Part shown: positions 41,013 through 52,345 of the stretch, in pieces
How positions within the stretch are numbered: the stretch's first letter is position 1
How the letters are laid out: the number at the start of each line of letters is the position of its first letter
Source: Octopus sinensis
Lineage: Eukaryota
Assembly (NCBI RefSeq): GCF_006345805.1
Contig: NC_043002.1
Coordinates: 82,212,001 to 82,276,000 of the forward strand
Reading direction: 5' to 3'
Length of the DNA: 64,000 nt
Position numbers and translations under genes: made by a program
Notes under the pieces: model-generated
Seen by the model: the letters and a program-made list of their open reading frames with translations, nothing else
Databases searched by the model: none
What the model was told of the DNA's origin: nothing

Positions 41013-44000
41013 GTTGTACAGAAGTAGGAAGAGTGTTGAAGTCATTGAGTCTTCACCATTTTGGCTATATCTGTTATAGATTTATGCATAGAAGGAACTA
41101 TTATTGCATTAGCTAGTTGTTTAAAAAAAAAAAATTATAAGTGTAGGTCACATCTGCTGAGCAGTGAATTATATGTTATTAAGTTGACCAGTTTTCTATC
41201 TCTTGCCAATTGCAAATATTTGGTTTAAAAACATTAAAGCAATAATAATGAAACAAATTGCTGATGTATAATTATGAAAGCAATTTTGTTATTAAATGAA
41301 GCTAACATGAATTTAAATCAATATTTTTTTTTTCATCATGACATCTTTTTCCCACACATGCTATTCTACTTCTTAGTTTTTTTCTTCTTTTTTATTTAGT
41401 CAGAAATCATTTTTTATATTTTATTCAGTCATTGGATAACCTCACTTGGTTCTAGTGAAATACTTGAAAGTAGCTCTCACATTCAGCATGTTTAGTTGGT
41501 AGAGTCCATTACTTGACAACATCAGAACCCATAAATGATAAAAGACTAGGTCAGTTTTAACCAGATTAGTTGTGATCTGTCAAACCGTACATTGCTTTTC
41601 ATGAATTATCATTAGTAGTAGTTATTGCTTTTAGTAAACATTTTTTTGTGTGCTGCTATTAGTTGAAAAGATCTTCAATACAATTTTTTTTTCAAGAATC
41701 TTAGTCTTGTTTCAATGCATAGAGTAGAATTTGATTTAACTAACTTGTCCTAAGTCTTCTTCTCTTGTCTACTTCTACCTAATGTATCCTTTACTGCCAT
41801 TTTGCAGCACTTTCTCACAAAGAATGCTTAGTCTGTCTATTTTATATCACAAATGGTGAACAATAATCTAGTTGGTCACCGATCCCTAACTGGCCAATCT
41901 CTTGTTCACTGCATTTATAACAGCAAGAGTAACAAAGGAGTTTCTGTGACTCTTATGAATTTTGTTCCAACATATATATATATATATATATATATGCTGA
42001 TGATTTCTGAAAAGGATAAAATAGTGCTATGTATAATACCACATAGAAAGTGCAAGAACTTTGTAATAATTAAAAGCAAGTAAATAAATATGTGAATTTT
42101 ATGCATCTTTTTTCTTGTAATTACATAATTTCTAATCATGTAATAGCAGCCATGTCTAGGGAAACCATGTGTTTATAAGTACATGGATGGATGGCCTTCT
42201 GTCAGCTTCAATGATGAGGCTTCAGTTGTTCAGTCGACTGAATTTCTTGCTCATTGGATTAGTGTGCAAGTGGCTGGGCATTTCCAAGGTACTAATACTC
42301 TTAATGTAATTCTGAGGCAGAATAAGTTTGGCATTGAGCATGAAAAGGATGCACTTTTGAATTACAGGTACAAACCATTTGACGGGCTCTTACACAGCTT
42401 GTATCCAGTTTCACTAAAATGTTGTGACTTGATTTGAGGGCATAGAAAATGACAATTGCCCTAGGTATCACAGTGCCATAAAACCTGAGATCTCATACCA
42501 CCCCCACCCCCACTGGCTTCTGCACAGTTTCTGGTGAAATCTACCAGATTTCACCCCCAGAAGTATTGATCAGTCTGAGGCTGTGGTAGAAGACACTTGC
42601 CCAAGTTGTTGCACAGCAAGATTGAACTAGGAACCACATTTTTACTTTCATTATATCTCAGCTCTAGTGTAGTGTCTACATTAATAATTTGGAATTTTTA
42701 GTCATTTCCTTCACTAACTCATGCTTAATCTTTCTCTGAGGTCCACATTCTACCTCCTTTCTCATCTTTTGGTTTATAGTTAAAGTTAACATTATAAGCA
42801 AGATTTACTGTCCTGTTGAACTTCCATACTAACTCAGTTGACTATCCAGCTAATAATGACTACATTCTACTGATTAATTAGCAGTTTTAACATAATTAAA
42901 CTTGATGTTGGTAATTAAATAGTTAATATTAATAATTTCACCAAGGTACCATGTAATGGGACTGAACCCAAAATGATGCAGTTGGAAAGTGGAATTCTAA
43001 AACACACAGCCATGCCTGCTCTTTATATTACATTCAGCTATTGACTTTTAATATGAATCATAGTTGGGTGATTGTTTTTTATCTATGATAAATGACCTCA
43101 CCCTCCTGAAAATACCAGCATCTACTTTATTTCACACTACACAAACATATATACACACCACTTCCGTGTTTATTCCCAATCTGATTCATGATGATGCAGA
43201 CCAAGTTTTAATGACTTTCTGAATAAGCTGCTTTTCGTCTCTGATACCTATCTACCACCTAACACACAATATTCTTCTCTTATGTTATTGAATATTTAAC
43301 CTCAACTACAACAGATCTGGAACCTTTATGTTTTAATATAATTTTACTTAAGAGGTTTCATAATAAAACAGAAATTGTTCATAGATTATGACTAAATTCA
43401 ATAAAGATTTGATTTGGAAACAATTGTCTCTCCTACTAACTTGTTTTAGAATTCAACAAGTACCAGACTGGATGTTTTAATGTATCTAGTTCAATGCCTG
43501 AGTGATTCTGCAGGAAACCTTATGGAGTTGATAAAATAAGTACTTGAAATATATTAGCTTTATTTAATCACCCCACCTCACTCCTATTAAATTGGTCTTT
43601 AAAATAAATCTATATTTTTATGTTTAATTACTGACTAAATATTGCCATATATTTAATATATGGTAACCCCCACAGACACACACACACGTGCACACTTAAA
43701 CAAATTTAGTGTCTGTTTACCAAAATAAAATTAATCAGGATATTAAGTAGAATCATTTATGAAACTGTTTCATTCCCCAAAAGACTAAACCAGATGTCTA
43801 AAAAAAAAGTTTTTAAAAAAACCCTAAAAAAAAAACAAGTATTTTTCTAATTAGGAGTAGTTTTGCGCAGCTGAACTATTTTTAGTAATATGAAACCAAT
43901 TTTGGTATAAAATTTAATATTTTGATACATTATATTTTCTCTTGTGTCCTTTTTATTAGATATTCTATTGGTTGATGGAAGGGGGATATAAGACATTTAT

Positions 44001-44178
44001 TATCCATTCAGTAAACTTCCCTGTAATTTAGTAAACCCACATTTAAAATTTGGGTCTAAAAACTGAATATTCCTCTTCTTTTTTTTTTACATTCTAAATA
44101 TTGTTTAAAATATAAGCGTGTTATGTTGAAGTTGTGTTGTTGGGGGGTCTGCTTAAACCAGTGTTTATTTCTCTCCAG

Positions 44179-44341
44179 TGGCACGCATTAGATCGAGCTG
44201 AACAGGCCAAATACTATGAGATGGCTCGCAAGGAAAAAGAGTTACACATGCAACTATACCCTGGTTGGAGTGCACGAGACAACTATGCCTCACATACAAA
44301 AAAAAAGAAGAGGAAAAGAGAAACAACAGGTGAGGATGAAG
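44179..44341 (+). CDS. TCF: TCF/LEF HMG-box second-half and basic-tail exon, copy B (canonical-like)
   Basis: Acceptor tttatttctctccag|TGG. Encodes [54 protein letters not shown]. Possible donors after 44329 (ACAG|gtgagg) or 44341 (GAAG|gtaaaa), both phase 1. Confidence 0.95.
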
Positions 44342-44791
44342 GTAAAAACTCGACACTTAATTTCTTTTTCATCCTTCCAGAAAAAGACTTTAAGTGTTTA
44401 TTTATTCCATCTTTTCCTTCTTTCACACCAATTAATTCTAACTTTCATCTTGTAGGTTTGGATGTAGCCATAGAAGTATGAGGAGGCAAGAGAATGGATT
44501 TAAGCCTTCAAACTTATATTGCTGCTGTTGTTGTTTTGTTTAATTAGCGAAAAGTACAAATATTCACAAATTATAGGATGTTGTGTTTGCCTAAAGAACA
44601 AAATCATTGCAAGTCAGTTATCAATTGCTCTAAAGCAAATGTTTAATGCCTAAAACTACGCCTTAAAGTCACTGAAAATTAATATTTCTCTACACATGTA
44701 TCTATTATTGGGTAATCAGTTCATGTATTGATTACACAAAATGATACATTGGTAATCAGTCACAAAATCAATGCAGTGAAGCAACTGATAG

Positions 44792-45339
44792 CATCATTGG
44801 TGCTAGGGGTGACGCTAGATTTAGCTTTACTGGGTGAGCCAAATCAAACACTGAAACACTGCCTATGACTCTTCACAGGGCCTTTAAAATTGGTGGAAGG
44901 GAGACCAGGGAGAAAGGCATCCTCAGATTAGAGACCTGGCCCCAAACCTTAAACAGATTTGTAGATAAATTTCTGTTGACTTGATGGTATCATTGGTGCT
45001 AGAGGTGAAGCTAGATTTAGCTTTATAGCTAAGGGATGCAAGAAGATTAAAGAATTGACATCTCTCTTTCTCTTGTCAGTAAAAGAGTTCCATTCTCTGT
45101 AAGAAATAAAACAGATTTTTACACAGTCAAACACAACATAAGACAAGAATTAGGCAAATCAAATTGGAGGAAAGAACAGGCAGCAGTGAATGGAAAGGAA
45201 TAAGCTGAGCATGGTTTACTGGGTGAGCCAAATCAAACACTGAGACACTGCCTATGACTCTTCACAGGGCCTTTAAAATTGGTGGAAGGGAGACCAGGAA
45301 GAAAGGCATCCTCAGATTAGAGACCTGGCCCCAATCCTT
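44792..45339. repeat. Local ~160-bp direct duplication, second copy split by ~190 bp
   Basis: 44792-44950 matches 44989-45025 plus 45215-45339 with few mismatches. Confidence 0.9.
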
Positions 45340-47434
45340 GAAACACAGCAGACTCTACTAAAGACATCCGAGGTACCAGGTGAAGGTGCTAAACTGAGTG
45401 ACAAACTTAAGCCTACCACTCATGTAGGCCACAGTGGAATTTGAACTTGAAATGCAAGGAGTTGGAACAAATACCACAAGATATCTGATCTGTGTTCTTA
45501 CAGTTTGCCAATCCCCCCACACTGATTGGTACTTTTTTATCAACCCTGAAAGGACGAAAAGCAAAGCTGACCCTGACTGGAATTGAGCTCAGAGTATTGA
45601 GTGTCAGAACAAATACCACACAGTACTATCTCTGCTACTCTAACAGATGCCAAGTCACAAGGGTGTTGACAGAATGACTGGTTCACAGTAGTATTGGTTG
45701 ATGTGTACAGGAGAGATAACTGTATTGGTTTCAACATATAATATACATGGAGGATATATACTTGATTTAAAGTTGTCATGAATTAACGGAGGCTGATAAC
45801 TGACGCAGAAGGAGAGTAATGGAAGTTTAAAATGAAGTGGTTACTTCAGATCTGGAAAAGTGTTAACCTTCACCAATAAGGTGACACAGCATTGTAAACT
45901 TCATCCAATCTTTCAGATAATAAAACAGATATTAAATATTATTGCTGTTCATATAAATGATGTTGGGAAAATATTGCTTTTCAAGCATACAGGAATAAAT
46001 AGTGGGGAAAAATCCAGTGAAGGTCCTTTGCCAACGTAGGCTTTATATCAAATGAAGAATTTGTAACCAAAATATAAAATTCATAAACTTTGACTTATTA
46101 ACCATGTCTTGATAACTTGGTTTCTATAGTAATTATTACACCAATTAAATATTAAGTCACAAGGCTTTCAAATAACACCCACTGTTACTTTTGTATTCTG
46201 TTTTTGTCACTCCAATAATCATAGAATTAGAGAATTGACAAAATCATGGTATCTGCATAAATCTAGTTTAGATCTTTCACAGCAAGTTTAGTTAAAGAAA
46301 TGGAATTACTTGAAAAATTCAATTGGTAACAAGATCTAAATCTTGTTCCCTTTGATCTAGACACAACCTGTTAACATCAATGCTGTCATCTCTGGAATTT
46401 ACCAATTAAAGCAGTTCTTCAAAATTGGGATATTCTCAACAGTTTATTCTCACTTCAAAATAGCCTTCCCAATAGACAAGTTCCCACAAAAGTCGGCATT
46501 TTCGCTGTCAACTTGGCTACCAAAATTTCAGCGGTGGTGCCCCAGCATGGCCGCGGCCTTCGGGCTAAAACATTTTTAAGGATTTATATGTTTCTGCAGC
46601 ATCAGAAACTTTATCATTTCATTTTGTGTTTTAATTTCATTTTTTTTTTTTTTATTATTTCAATTTCAATTTTTTTTAAACATCTAATTTAAAATTCATT
46701 TGATTTTTGTTTTAGTTCAAATTAACCACTTAACCATTCTTTATATGTTCTACAGTTGTCTGTGATGTCAAAGACCATTTTATCAGTCTTAGATTTGTGT
46801 TTTCATTCCTGTGTATATACATAAATGTTTTTTTGGTGCTGCCTGTGCATGTATATTTGCATTTTTTTGTTTCTAAATCACACATGCATACACAAAGTCA
46901 TTCTTTTCTTGTGTTTTGTATGTCTTTTTTTTTCTTGCTTGTTTATAATTTTTTTTGTTGTTTTGGTCTGGAGGAAGGGCTTATGTCGATGGCTTTTGCA
47001 GACTCTCCAAGACTAGTAAGATTGACTCTTGGAATAGTTTAGATGTATGTGTTAATTACTACCAAAGAAAAAGGAAAAAAAGGTTCCTACCAATTTCTTT
47101 AAAATCATTATTCTACTTTTCTAAGCTTAACGTACTTTCCAGGGTTCCATGATAACTTCTTTTCCAGCAATCCTAATAAATATCAATTCTAAGAAGTCCA
47201 AAGTATGAAAGTTTTTAATTTTAAAACTCGTTTCCCTATTCTATATATTTACACATATGTTTCCTCCTCCATGATGTTTTAAAGTTGTACAAATTTGTTT
47301 CATTTTCCACAGATTTATTTAATGTTGATAACCACATTTATAAATGCAGTGTGCATTAACAATTCTTTTTGTTTTTTTTTTTTTTTTTTTGTTTTGCTGA
47401 CCATGGTATAATATAATAAGTTTGGTGGGGTGGG

Positions 47435-47600
47435 GAGAGACAACTCTGACTCTGATTGGCTGATGTATGGAGAAAGAAAGATTGACAATTCTGACTTCTA
47501 GTTGGTTGATATATGTGGAAAGTGTGACAGCTAACTCTGTGATTGGTTGTTTGATATATGGAGAAAGAAAGAGTGACAATTTTGGCTCTGGTTGGTTGAT
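47435..47600. repeat. Degenerate ~45-bp tandem repeat, about 4 units
   Basis: gacaa(t/c)tctgactct(g/a)(a/g)ttgg(c/t)tgat(a/g)tatggagaaagaaaga recurs. Confidence 0.7.
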
Positions 47601-47849
47601 ATTAATGTTTTATAAATATTGTCTGAACAAACACATTTCTTCTGACTTATAAGTGTTTGATAGGGATTACTTTCTTAAAGGAACAATATCATAGGTCTGG
47701 AAGTGAATATAAATTAAAGGAGACCAAGTTGTAAAAACAGGGAAATTACATAGTGACCTGTCTTAGTTTGTAGATATATGGCAATAACAACAAGAATAAC
47801 TTCATTTTAGACATGTATTTCATGAATAATGGTTAGTGTTGGTTATTGT

Positions 47850-48050
47850 TTAACCCCAGATCAGTTCTGATTGAGTGGACCTATGATCAAAAACATTCCA
47901 GTCATGACTATTCCATCATTTTTCAGACATAATACATTTAGGACTTCATAATCCAATGTGTTTTCCCTTTTCTAAAACAGTAAGGTGTGATTTGAAAGAG
48001 GTTTGGCTACAAGTCGAGTGATTCCATAGGGGCTCCATCATTGGACTGAG
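47850..48050. repeat. Unclassified ~200-bp dispersed repeat, about 10 decayed copies in the window
   Basis: Motifs ccccagatca...ctatgatcaaa...atccaatgtg...gatttggctgctatttctagca recur near 1650, 7800, 23950, 29880, 30940, 36610, 49980 and 51830, in both orientations. Confidence 0.65.
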
Positions 48051-48379
48051 TTAATGTTGGTAAACCATCTGGTGTTATGGATTTTATTATATCGTTTATA
48101 GTAGCAGAGGTGGGGGGAGGGGTTCAGCTGGTCATTTTACCAACCAACGTTGACGCTGTGTCTCAGCATAAATGGCTTTTGATATAAACGTGTAAGATAA
48201 ACAGTTGTTACTTACAAACAAGTGATTAAAGATGAGTAACACTCTGCTTTCACGATTGGAGAACTACTTCTGTTTTCTTATTGAAGACTTCTCTGAGTAG
48301 TCTGAAAACATTGTCACAGTAGAACTAATGTATAGCAGTGAGATTTTTTTTTTTTTTTTTTGTTATTGTTATATTGTTA

Positions 48380-48590
48380 AGGTGATGAACTGGCAGAATC
48401 ATTGTGTCAGACAAAATGCTAAGTGGTGTTTCTTTTGGATCTTTGTATTTTGAATTCACATTCCACCACGACGAACTTTGTCTTTCATCCTTTCGGGATT
48501 GATAAATCAAGTATCAGCGAAACACGGGGTTGATATAATTAACTAGTTCCCACCCCACAAATCTGAGGCCTTGTGCCTCCAGTAGAAAGG

Positions 48591-48624
<34 letters not shown>

Positions 48625-49270
48625 GGAGCCAAACTAGCAAAATCGTTAGCACGCTGGGAAAAATGCTTAGCAACATTTCATCCATCTTTATGCTCTGAGT
48701 TCAAATTTCTCCAAGGTCAACTTTGCCTTTCATTCTTTCAGGGTCAATAAATTAAGTACCAGTGTAACATTGGAGTCGATTTAATCAACTAGTCCCCTCT
48801 CCCTCAAAATTTCAGGCTTTGTGTGTATATTAGAAAGGATTATTATTATTATTATTATTAAAGTTGTGAGCTGGCAGAATTGTTAGCACACTGGATGAAA
48901 TGCTTAGCAGAATATCACCTCTCGCTATGTCCTGAGTTCAAATTCTGCTAAAGTTGATTTTGCTTTTCATCCTTTCGGAGTCAATAAATTAAGTACCAGT
49001 GCAACACTGGAGTCAATTTAATCGACTGGTCCCCTCTCCCCCAAAATTTCAGGCCTTGTGCCTATATTAGAAAGGATTATTATTATTTGCTGGGCTCCAC
49101 CCCAGAATGATCGGAGCATTGGATAGAATGTCTTATGTTATTGACTCCAATTTTCATATTTTAAGTGCTTCAGGAGGTCAATATGATAAAGCACCAGTCA
49201 TGTTCTAGGGTCAGTGTTTTTGATTAACCTCTTCTGAATTTGTTGGCCTTGTGTCAATATTTGAAACCAT
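48380..49270 (+). mobile_element. Cluster of about 4 SINE family 2 copies, plus strand
   Basis: ctggcagaat...gagttcaaatt...aagtaccagt...ggccttgtgcct...agaaaggattatt units with (ATT)n tails. Confidence 0.88.
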
Positions 49271-50962
49271 TATTATTATTTGCTGGGGTTGAATCTTGCT
49301 ATTCTGGAGATCTTCCAACTTCGAAGATGACATATAGAGAGAAGCAAAGTAATTATTTTGGTCTTTGGTACTGATGAAAAATTTGCTCAAAAATTATAAT
49401 TGTGTATTCTGTATGCTGGAAATCTATATGGTTGTCTGCGTCAAGGAGAGCGGCTTGTATTAAATTGATGTAATGTTTTCATTGATTGATTAAATGGAGC
49501 TACTTGAAACAGCCGTAATGCACTGATACCTGGACATCCTTGTTACTTATTTGCTATATATACACACACATACATACATATATTTATGTGGATTTAGGTG
49601 TAGGCACGTGACTTATTCGGCTTACGACCGCAAGGGTCGTGAGTTCAATTCCTGGCAACATGTTGTATCCTTGAGCCAGACACTTTTATTTCATGTTGCT
49701 CCAGTCCACTCAGCTGGCAAAAATGAGTGCTACCTGTATTTCAAAGGGTTGGCCTTGTTACACTCTGTGTCACAGTGAATCTCTTTGAGAACTACATTAA
49801 GGTTATGCATGTCTGTGTAGTGCTCAGCAACTTGCACGGTAATTTCATGAACAGACTGTTCCATTGATTGGTTCAACTGGAACCCTCATCGTCATAACCA
49901 ACAGAGCTCCAGTATATGGAGTTAGTTGTATGTTAAAGCTTTAACAACACTGGTTATATGCTGTCAGCTGTGGTTGAGGTGATCTGTGACCAGGAGTGTT
50001 CCAGCCATGACCATCCCACCTTTCTCTCGTGTTACATATCTAGGGCTACATTTTCTAATCTGCCCATCTATGTTAGAGATGGTAATGTGTAATTTAAGGG
50101 AGTTTAGACTACTGTTTATTGCAGATTGATCCTGTTTTTTTAGAATAAGCACATCATATTCCTTGGATTTTGGAAAAGACATCTAAAGGGGTGGGCACTT
50201 GTCTACAAAGCACTGACTAAAAAAACATTCCGTCTAACCCATGCCAGCATGGAAAAGCATATATATAAAACAATTATTATTATTTTGATGATGAGGGGTA
50301 GTTTAACAATGTTGCTAAACAATGATATAAATATTATCTTTGTTACTCTTGAATGATTAAAAAAAAAAAATTAAACCACACTTTGGAAATATATTCTTCA
50401 GAACTGAATTTTAATAGTCATTTTATATATTGCTCTAAGGAAAGTAAAAAAAAAAAAACCCCAAAAAAATCTGTTTTAGAAAATCTATTTCTTTATATTA
50501 AGCAAGTATTTCATATTTCTCCATTTTTGAGTTATTCACTCTTTTCATCCTTTCTGAAACATAGGGAGGCAAAGAACGGAATTTTTATATATTTTTCCTT
50601 AAAAAAATATGCCCAAAAAGTAATATTCCCCTATTTTGAATGTTCAGTGAAAATGTATTATATTCTGCAAGATATTGTGTTCCTACTCACTTTCTACAAT
50701 ATTAGCAATCTTATTCTTTTTTTTTTACCCCTCTCTCTCTCTCTCTCTCTCTTTCCTTCCATTATCCCATCCTCTAAATCATCTATATCTTCAATATTTC
50801 AGTACAACCATTCCTTTATTATAGTAAATTAGTCAAGATTTATTTTAGTTCCTTCTCTTTCAGAAAGTGGTTGTCATTTTTTGCCTCCCAATCCCACTAA
50901 AAATATATATATATTTTCTCACATAGGTGACTAATACTGCTTCTTTTTTTTTGTTGTTGTTG

Positions 50963-50993
<31 letters not shown>

Positions 50994-52110
50994 GTGCTCA
51001 CAACCATTCTCAATCAATAATAATCAATACACCATTCAATTGTACTGAAATCACAAGATTAGTGTAAAAACATTTTTATTTTGTGGCTTACAGGTTGGGT
51101 TCATAACTCATAACATCTTCAACAGAATCCTCTTCCTGCTTTTTTGTTATTACATTGAAAGCATTAATATATGTTTTATCTAATCATTCAAAACATGCAC
51201 ACTCACATGCATTCTCTCTCCTTCTCTCTCTCCCTCCTTCTCCCTCTCTCATCAATTTTATTTGCAAATATCTGCTCCCTAAAACACTCTGCATGCTTTA
51301 AAATGTTGATTGAATTACTTTGTTTATTTTATATCATCACAAAATTTTAACATTAGCGTTATTGATTACAAATTTCCCATGAGCCAATTACTAATTCATT
51401 CCACTTTCGATGGCAAAAATAACAGAAGATTGTTGCTTACTTGGTGCAGAGGACTTCCGTTGAAGAACACTTGTTTTCTGCCAGTGTATACATCCTCTGA
51501 TTATATACATTGGCAAAAGTTGTAATGGTACATGGATGCACGGGCTTCTTCACACGCTTTCCATATACTGGATTCCACTCACAAAGTATTTGTCAATCTG
51601 ATGACATTTGTCCCAGATGCTATGTAGTGAGATCAAACCAGAACCACAATGGTTCTGAAGTGAACTTCTTAAACCAAACAGCTATGCCTGCATTTCAGGT
51701 GTTTGTTTATTTCTCTGCTGTGTTGAAAAGAAATTCACCACTATAAAGATCCAGTAGACTATGCATGAGCCAATGAAGAAGCATTTATGTTGTCATTTGA
51801 CAATTTGATTCTCAAATTAAACCCAACACACTTAACAAAAAAAAAAAAGGACATGTTGGATATGATCTGGCAGGGTGGCAAGTCAAAATGGTTATGGTTA
51901 GAATGCCTTCAATTATAAGTTTGTCAATCAGAGCTGGCCTCATACTAAACAATAACAACTAGATTCTACCGATTCTAGTGGGCAGTGTTTTCTGTGTGAT
52001 GCTATATTCTGAATGGAATGTAAAATAATTTAATAACAAACTTATCTTGAAATGATCTTCATATCAAAGCTGTCTCCTTTGAAATTTCCAGTATCAAATC
52101 AATTTAATCA

Positions 52111-52345
52111 ATACCTATTTCTTTATTACCCACAAGGGGCTAAACACAGAGGGGACAAACAAGGACAGACATAGGTATTAAGTCAATTACATCGACCCCA
52201 GTGCGTAACTGGTACTTTATTTATCGACCCCGAAAGGATGAAAGGCAAAGTCGACCTCGGCGGAATTTGAGCTCACAACGTAACGACAGACGAAATACGG
52301 CTACGCATTTCACCCAGCGTGCTAACGTTTCTGCCAGCTCGCCGT
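52111..52345 (-). mobile_element. SINE family 2 young copy, same subfamily as 1987-2218
   Basis: Near-identical, including the distinctive tail ATACCTATTTCTTTATTACCCACAAGGGGCTAAAC. Confidence 0.88.

Noticed and set aside
33440-44178. A second copy of the HMG first-half exon, which would mean a whole-domain or whole-gene duplication
   Set aside because: No KKPLNAFM or [10 protein letters not shown] coding sequence found by eye or in the ORF track. Only the second-half exon appears duplicated; tblastn would confirm.
48268-48325. Second hammerhead-like arrangement (TTGAAGA...GAAA...GTC)
   Set aside because: The first catalytic box is mutated and stem I is out of register. At most a decayed repeat.
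50864-50926. 63-nt phase 1-1 open segment between ttcag and gtgact (ESGCHFLPPNPTKNIYIFSHI)
   Set aside because: Contains an (AT)n run, has intron-like composition and a mediocre donor. It shows that such candidates can arise by chance.
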